From Chryseobacterium gleum (GTDB lineage: Bacteria > Bacteroidota > Bacteroidia > Flavobacteriales_D > Crocinitomicaceae): a stretch of 41,545 nucleotides of DNA. The notes beneath the pieces are model-generated. The model did not search any database, was not told the DNA's origin, and was given only the letters and a program-made list of their open reading frames with translations. The stretch covers positions 1 to 41,545 of the forward strand of contig CAMCQL010000001.1 of NCBI GenBank assembly GCA_945877005.1, given 5' to 3'. Numbering within the stretch: position 1 is the first letter of the stretch; each line of letters begins with the position of its first letter. Positions 36,122-41,545 of the stretch are shown here, piece by piece. The translations under genes were made by a program, and so were the position numbers.

Positions 36122-37297
36122 ATGAAGTTTGCTAATATTTCCAAATTGATATTGTATTCAGGTTTAAATACAGTTTTATTGTTAAGTTGTTCATCTGGTA
36201 TAGAGAGCAAACAAGCGATACAAAAACCAAAGTTAGCTGAAGAGAAAAAAGAAGAAGTGAAAGATTCAATCGTTGCGGTTGTAGATACAAGCTTAAATAA
36301 CCTTGCCTTGACTATAGGAGGAATAGATAATGATTTTATTAAAGCTAGAAAATTAAATTCACCTTATTTTTCAACCGTTCAAGCTAATTTTTCTGTGCTT
36401 GAAAACACAAAGCTGTTCCCAATTAAAAAATGGGTGAAAGAAGTTGGAATGTTACCTGAAAAATATAAAACATCGACATTATTTTATCCTTTGGCTGGTG
36501 CTGATTTTGTATATGCAGATGCATTTTTTAATGATGTAGATAATTATATTATGGTAGGATTGGAAAAACCTGGTTTTTTGCATAATTACTCAAGTTTTAC
36601 AAATACTCAAATCGAATCTTATATTTCAAGTGTATATAACAGTTTAGATGTCTCTATGAAATTTGGTTATTTCAAGACAATTAACATGAGGGTACAATTC
36701 AACCAGAAAGTAGTAAATGGAACTATTCATTCATTATTGTTTTATTTAGCTCGAACAGGCAAGAAAATTAGTAATGTGAAACATTTTCAGGTTCAAAATG
36801 ATGGGTCAATAAAATACACTGTAGGAACTGAAGCGATGAAGTCTGCAGGGGTAGAGATTTTATTTCAAAACGAACGTGGAGAAGCTAAAAAGTTATTCTA
36901 TTACAGTACTGATTTGAGCGATGCAAATAAATCATTGGATGCATTTTACAAATGGGTTTCTTCTTTTGGAGCACATAACACCATGTTAAAAGCAGCTTCT
37001 TATTTAAATTCTAGAGCGTATTTTACAAAAACTAGAAATTACATCCTAAATACTAGTCAATTGATTGTTCAAGATGATAGTGGCATTCCTTTTGAATATG
37101 TCTCTAATCAAAAATGGGACGTTAAATTGTATGGTGCATATAGAAAAGTGATTCCTTTGTTTGCTTCCAGAATTCAACCTGATTTAGTTCAAGCTTATCA
37201 AGATTCAACCAAATTAACATCAAAAATATTGCCTTTTAAAATCGGTTACAATGTAATGTTCAATGAAACCAATTTACAGCTTTTTTATAAAAAGTAA
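36122..37297 (+). CDS. Hypothetical lipoprotein (paralogue of 18674-19840)
   Basis: 391 aa. Signal peptide plus Cys (VLLLSC). Shared blocks are LFYPLAGADF, IMVGLE, NGTI, LKAASYL, IVQDDSGIP, IPLF and PFKIGY. Confidence 0.7.
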   Translation: MKFANISKLILYSGLNTVLLLSCSSGIESKQAIQKPKLAEEKKEEVKDSIVAVVDTSLNNLALTIGGIDNDFIKARKLNSPYFSTVQANFSVLENTKLFPIKKWVKEVGMLPEKYKTSTLFYPLAGADFVYADAFFNDVDNYIMVGLEKPGFLHNYSSFTNTQIESYISSVYNSLDVSMKFGYFKTINMRVQFNQKVVNGTIHSLLFYLARTGKKISNVKHFQVQNDGSIKYTVGTEAMKSAGVEILFQNERGEAKKLFYYSTDLSDANKSLDAFYKWVSSFGAHNTMLKAASYLNSRAYFTKTRNYILNTSQLIVQDDSGIPFEYVSNQKWDVKLYGAYRKVIPLFASRIQPDLVQAYQDSTKLTSKILPFKIGYNVMFNETNLQLFYKK

Positions 37298-37362
37298 TCA
37301 TTGAAATCATAAGGAGGCAATTGAATAAATAGTGAGAATCATTTTAAGATTAAAATTAAAAC

Positions 37363-38679
37363 ATGAAAGGAAGCACCAAAAAATTCAGCTTATATACTGC
37401 AATTATGATAGTGATTGCAAACATGATCGGTACAGGAGTTTTTACAAGTATTGGTTTTCAAGTTGTTGGTATTAAATCTGGTTCTGCAATCGTCTTGCTA
37501 TGGGTGATCGGTGGTATTATTTCTTTTTTTGGAGCTTATTCCTATGCGATACTTGGATCTTTTTACAAGAAAAATGGAGGTGAATATTTATTTTTAAAAC
37601 AAACCTATTCCGAACGACTTGGTTTTTTATCCGGTTGGATTTCTTTTTTGTTAGGCTTTGCTGCTCCTATTGCCGCTGCATGTTATGCATTTAGTTCTTA
37701 TTTTACTGGGGTAATGAATTTAAATCTTTCAGACAAGTTTTTGGGTGTTACCGTATTAGAAATTGTTTCTATTACTGTATTACTCATTATCACAGCAATT
37801 CATTCGTTTAGTAATCGAGTGAGTGCAGTTTTTCAAAATATTTCTTCAACACTCAAAATAATAATTTTATTACTTTTAATAGTAATAGGTTTGGTGAGTT
37901 CTAAATCAACGAATACTAGTTTTGAATTAGATGGTTTTTTTATTGATAATATTTGGAATAAAGCATTTGCATTCTCATTGTTTTTTGTGACTTATTCTTA
38001 TTCTGGATGGAATGCAGCTTCCTACATTACGGGAGAAGTTAGAAATCCTGAGAGAAATGTTCCTATAGCATTAATTATAGGTACAGGATCTGTTTCCTTG
38101 CTATATGTTTTACTAAATTTTGTCTTTTTAAAAAACATTCCTTTAATCCAAATGGAAAATAAAATTGAAATAGGAACTATTTTCACCACATATATTCTTG
38201 GATCTTTTTGGGGTAAAATTTTTGGAGGGATCATCTCTTTTTTATTAGTTTCCAGTATTTCCAGTATGGTTATTGCAGGTCCAAGAGTGACGAATGCCGT
38301 TGCAAATGATTTCAGTAAACTATCATGGTTTAGTAAACTAAGTCCTCAAGGTTTACCACTAAAAGCACTTTGGGTTCAAGCAATCATTGCCATAGCATTT
38401 ATACTTACATCCTCATTTGAAAGTATGATTACAATGATTGGATTTGTATTAAATCTATTCACTATGTTAACTGTTATCGGTGCTATAAAGGTTGGAAATA
38501 CCTTGAAAGGAGAACGAAAATTGATAAATAAATGGGTTTTTCCATTATTTCCTTTAATCTTTTTGCTCTTCCAAGTTTGGATTCTTATCTTTGGTCTCTA
38601 TTCGCGACCGATTGAGTCGTGTATTGGATTATTGATAACGCTTATTGGAATTCCTATCTACTCATGGGTAAAAAAATAA
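37363..38679 (+). CDS. APC-superfamily amino acid permease
   Basis: 438 aa with about 12 TMs. The N-terminal IVIANMIGTGVFTSIGF motif is typical of amino acid/polyamine/organocation transporters. Confidence 0.85.
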   Translation: MKGSTKKFSLYTAIMIVIANMIGTGVFTSIGFQVVGIKSGSAIVLLWVIGGIISFFGAYSYAILGSFYKKNGGEYLFLKQTYSERLGFLSGWISFLLGFAAPIAAACYAFSSYFTGVMNLNLSDKFLGVTVLEIVSITVLLIITAIHSFSNRVSAVFQNISSTLKIIILLLLIVIGLVSSKSTNTSFELDGFFIDNIWNKAFAFSLFFVTYSYSGWNAASYITGEVRNPERNVPIALIIGTGSVSLLYVLLNFVFLKNIPLIQMENKIEIGTIFTTYILGSFWGKIFGGIISFLLVSSISSMVIAGPRVTNAVANDFSKLSWFSKLSPQGLPLKALWVQAIIAIAFILTSSFESMITMIGFVLNLFTMLTVIGAIKVGNTLKGERKLINKWVFPLFPLIFLLFQVWILIFGLYSRPIESCIGLLITLIGIPIYSWVKK

Positions 38680-39944
38680 CATGTCTTTTTTTTCTGCTAT
38701 TTTCGTTTAATAGTTGGACACAATCACCATCAAATTTAACACCTGAGCAGGTGTTGAAGAAAGTGTTTGATTCAATCGGTAAAATATACCCTGAAATCAT
38801 TCAATCTCCTGAAAAATACCGATTAAAGGTAGTTCTAACAGGAGTTAATCGAAAAAACGATGAAGTGAAATTAGAAACAGCAGGTTTCAGAACAGATGCC
38901 AATGAATACCTCTACCCTGCAAGTACCGTTAAACTTCCATCATTGTTGATTGCATTGGAAGAATCTAACCGTTTACAAGCGAAATATCCATTACTAAGTT
39001 CATCTACTTCTCTTAGTTTCATTAAGAAAAAAGGTTGCTTATCAAGTAGCAACTCATTTAAAATAAACAAGATTTCACATCCTATCACGTTAGATTTATT
39101 GGGAAAACAAGTTTTATTGGTTTCAGACAATAATGCTTATAACTATATATTTGAATACAGCGGACAAAAATTATTGAATCAACGTTTAGCTTCCCTTGGA
39201 TTTGATTCTGCAAGGTTTACAAGAAAGTTTGTTTTAAATTGTTCATTAGAAGAAAATAGGATTTCAGATTCTATTGTCTTTTTAGATGCGAATAACAAAG
39301 CGATTTATTCTCGCCCAATGATCACTAACACGGATTCCATTTTTGTAGATTCAACTGCGACTTTGGGACAAAAATACATTGGGACTGATAAAAAAATTGT
39401 AGAGAAACCTTTTGATTTTTCAAAACAAAACAATTTTAATGTACTTGATTTGCATAAAGTGGTTACAGGATTAATATTTCCTACAAGCTCGTTTTCACAT
39501 AAATTTGATATTACAAAAGAACAAAGGCATTTCTTAATCAAAAACATGGGCGCTTATCCTTATGAATCAGATTTGAACTATTCCAAAACAGACTATTTTC
39601 CAGCCTATAAAAAATACATTTTTTATGGCCGCACCCCACGTGTAGACATAAGTGAAGATACACTCAATAGATTTAGGTCTTTTAATACCGTTGGACTTTC
39701 TTTTGGTTGTGTCATTGATGCTGCTTATTTGGTAGATTATGAAACAGGAAAAGAATGTATTTTGACAATGGCAGTGTATGCAAATAAAGATGAATTAATT
39801 AATGATGCTAAATACGACTACGAAACTTTTGCTTTTCCCTTATTTAAAGATTTTGGACAATTAGTTATGCATTTTTTAAATGAAAATAAATCTGCCGTGC
39901 CTAATTTGAAAACAACTGCCAAAGAAATGGGTTTTCTTAAATAA
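38664..39944 (+). CDS. Secreted class A beta-lactamase-related serine hydrolase
   Basis: The ATG at 38664 gives a signal peptide (MGKKITCLFFLLFSFNSWTQ). An SxxK motif (ASTVKLPS) and an SDN motif (LLVSDNNAY) are present, but the KTG box is not clearly seen. It overlaps the permease 3' end by 16 nt. Confidence 0.65.
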   Translation: MGKKITCLFFLLFSFNSWTQSPSNLTPEQVLKKVFDSIGKIYPEIIQSPEKYRLKVVLTGVNRKNDEVKLETAGFRTDANEYLYPASTVKLPSLLIALEESNRLQAKYPLLSSSTSLSFIKKKGCLSSSNSFKINKISHPITLDLLGKQVLLVSDNNAYNYIFEYSGQKLLNQRLASLGFDSARFTRKFVLNCSLEENRISDSIVFLDANNKAIYSRPMITNTDSIFVDSTATLGQKYIGTDKKIVEKPFDFSKQNNFNVLDLHKVVTGLIFPTSSFSHKFDITKEQRHFLIKNMGAYPYESDLNYSKTDYFPAYKKYIFYGRTPRVDISEDTLNRFRSFNTVGLSFGCVIDAAYLVDYETGKECILTMAVYANKDELINDAKYDYETFAFPLFKDFGQLVMHFLNENKSAVPNLKTTAKEMGFLK

Positions 39945-39962
39945 ATAATTTTAAATTAAACA

Positions 39963-40481
39963 ATGGAATTAATTAGGAAAATAAAAATTGGAAGTGCATC
40001 TGATAATGATTTAGTGATAAATAATGAACAGGTGGGCGCGCATCATTTGGAATTAATCCACGATTATCAAGGGAATGTTTTTATTTCAGATTTAAATTCA
40101 TCGAACGGAACTTTTTTGAATAATCAAAAAATAGACGGCTTTTCACAAATTCATTGGGGCGATAAAGTTACAATAGCTGGAAAGTTTATGTTTGATTGGA
40201 TGAAATTAATCACAGACGATAAAAAAGATATTCCTCAATTACATAATAAATCTGAAATTGTTTATTCTGAATTGTCCAATCAAAGAATTAAAATACCAGT
40301 GATTGAGACTGGTTTTTCTTCGGTCGATCATGAAATTGAAACGGAAGAAGAAGAGGAAGATTTATTTATTGAACATTCTAATCCGGTATTACAATTTTAT
40401 TTTAATAATGCTCAAATTGTGAATATTTTCTTATTGAATTTAGTATTGAGTGTTTTATTTTATTTTGCTTTTTTAGTTTGA
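39963..40481 (+). CDS. FHA-domain protein with C-terminal TM anchor
   Basis: 172 aa. FHA pattern IKIGSASDNDLVINNEQVGAHHLEL...FISDLNSSNGTFLNNQKI...GDKVTIAGKFMF, an acidic linker (ETEEEEEDL) and a terminal TM (IFLLNLVLSVLFYFAFLV). Confidence 0.75.
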   Translation: MELIRKIKIGSASDNDLVINNEQVGAHHLELIHDYQGNVFISDLNSSNGTFLNNQKIDGFSQIHWGDKVTIAGKFMFDWMKLITDDKKDIPQLHNKSEIVYSELSNQRIKIPVIETGFSSVDHEIETEEEEEDLFIEHSNPVLQFYFNNAQIVNIFLLNLVLSVLFYFAFLV

Positions 40482-40532
40482 TTCTGAGTTGATAAGAATC
40501 AAATTATACTATGAATTTACAAAATTGAAAAG

Positions 40533-41545
40533 ATGAAAGTTGCATACAGCTATAAAACAGACCATAAATCGTTGGAGAATTCAGCTGCCTTGGCAGATAA
40601 AACGACAAAAAATGGTAAAATATTTATTTTAGCGGAAGGTTCAACCAATGATGTCAGAGGTCAATTTGCTGCAAAATTAACGGTACACTCTATTTTAGAA
40701 TTTGTCGATAAAAAAATCTTTTCAAATGTTTATTTGGGTTTGAATGAAGCTATTCAATATGCTAATAGTCAAGTGTATCGTAAGGTTATTCAAGATGAAA
40801 ATTTGAGAGGTGTCCATGTTTCTGTAGCTATATTATTAGTGAAAGATGAGGGGGTTTTCAGTGCAAGTCTTGGAAGCATATATGGCTATGTTAAATCTGA
40901 CAATAAACTTGTGCGATTGCATAAGGATTCAGGAAATGTTCAAGTTCAAGGCTATAAAGACCAATCGAATGTTGTTCCTGTAGCGAAAGCTTTAGGGAAT
41001 TTGCCTTTAGTATCTCCATTCATTTCAAATGCTCCCTATTTAGCAAAACCTGGTGATGTTTTCGTTTTAGCTACATCATCATTGGTGAAATCCATCGGAG
41101 AGACACAATTGAACAATAAGGTGTTTTATACAGATATTGATGTAAATGCAATTGAAATTGTAGAAAGTTCAAAGAAAAATGGAGGGGAAGGTAGTTATAC
41201 TGTTCAGTTAATTACCGTTATTGAAGGGGCAGTTGGAGTAAGTACAATTGCATCTACAAACATATCTTCTCAATCAAAACAACAACCTACGAAACACCAA
41301 GAAAAACTAGAAAAGAAAACAAAAACACCTGTTAATATGAATTTTTTCGGCAAAAAAGCAGGACTAAAAGTTGCTTTACTTGTTGTGGGTGTTTTAATCT
41401 TTTTATTTGCAATGTTACGTTCTCCAAAAGATGATTCAAATATGAAATTTGACGAAAAAGACACATCTGCAATGGTGAATGATACAACAAATCAATACCA
41501 AGATCTTGATGATATTATGGAATACGAAGCTCCTGTTGAGGAGGA
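40533..41545 (+). CDS. PP2C-fold protein (probable pseudophosphatase) with TM segment, 3' end beyond the window
   Basis: Hand translation from the ATG at 40533 is open to the window end. It is colinear with bacterial PP2C blocks (YKTDHKSLENSA; IFILAEGSTNDVRGQFAAKL; VFSASLGSIYGY; AKALG; PGDVFVLATSSL; KKNGGEGSYTVQLITV), followed by TM GLKVALLVVGVLIFLFAML. It is absent from the ORF track because it has no stop in the window. Confidence 0.7.
   Translation, partial: MKVAYSYKTDHKSLENSAALADKTTKNGKIFILAEGSTNDVRGQFAAKLTVHSILEFVDKKIFSNVYLGLNEAIQYANSQVYRKVIQDENLRGVHVSVAILLVKDEGVFSASLGSIYGYVKSDNKLVRLHKDSGNVQVQGYKDQSNVVPVAKALGNLPLVSPFISNAPYLAKPGDVFVLATSSLVKSIGETQLNNKVFYTDIDVNAIEIVESSKKNGGEGSYTVQLITVIEGAVGVSTIASTNISSQSKQQPTKHQEKLEKKTKTPVNMNFFGKKAGLKVALLVVGVLIFLFAMLRSPKDDSNMKFDEKDTSAMVNDTTNQYQDLDDIMEYEAPVEE

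Noticed and set aside
37311-37317. A strong Shine-Dalgarno-like AAGGAGG upstream of the permease gene.
   Set aside because: It lies 45 nt upstream of the ATG at 37363. The nearest start-like codons after it open only a 3-codon frame (TTG at 37321) or are out of frame. Bacteroidota generally do not rely on SD pairing, so this is probably fortuitous.
38619-38663. An upstream start (MYWIIDNAYWNSYLL) for the serine hydrolase.
   Set aside because: It would overlap the permease by 61 nt and precede the obvious signal peptide that begins at the ATG at 38664.
1-41545. The window as a mobile element, prophage, genomic island or defence island, and the presence of CRISPR arrays, tRNA or rRNA genes.
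   Set aside because: I saw no integrase, transposase, recombinase, phage structural, nuclease or helicase signatures. I saw no direct-repeat arrays and no GC-rich structured segments typical of tRNA or rRNA in any intergenic gap (the largest gaps are about 220 nt at 21960-22181 and 24123-24346). Housekeeping genes are interspersed throughout.

Overview
This looks like a low-GC (about one third by eye) chromosomal segment from a Bacteroidota, probably Flavobacteriia-like, genome. Supporting signs are T9SS type A and type B C-terminal sorting domains, a fused CcsBA, a bacillithiol deacetylase, a Rho with a large N-terminal insertion, and TAnnTTTG -7 boxes upstream of many genes. I call 31 protein-coding genes, two of them truncated by the window edges and therefore missing from the ORF track: an HlyD-family gene at 1-779(-) and a PP2C-like gene at 40533-41545(+). 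I found no rRNA, tRNA, CRISPR array, transposase, integrase or recognisable defence genes. Housekeeping genes (rho, bshB1, ccsBA, pcm, miaE, uvrA, FKBP isomerases, an APC permease) are interleaved with many envelope and secreted proteins of unknown function. The most interesting material, all hypothesis-level: (1) a membrane-anchored FHA protein followed by a membrane-anchored PP2C-fold protein. Both appear to have lost the residues needed for phosphothreonine binding or catalysis, and the pair is cut by the window end. (2) A four-gene envelope cluster at 17224-21959 (anchored protein, lipoprotein, BamB/PQQ-like propeller, TM coiled-coil protein). Its lipoprotein has a diverged paralogue 17 kb away at 36122-37297. 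(3) A tightly packed unit of a dihydroorotase-fold protein without metal ligands, a PmtA-like methyltransferase and an LtaS/sulfatase-like membrane enzyme. (4) A tetR-ABC-hlyD operon whose single ABC half-transporter has a degenerate ATPase site. (5) Two large T9SS cargo proteins built from regular tandem repeats. All family assignments rest on motif recognition by eye and from memory. No database search was run and none is implied.
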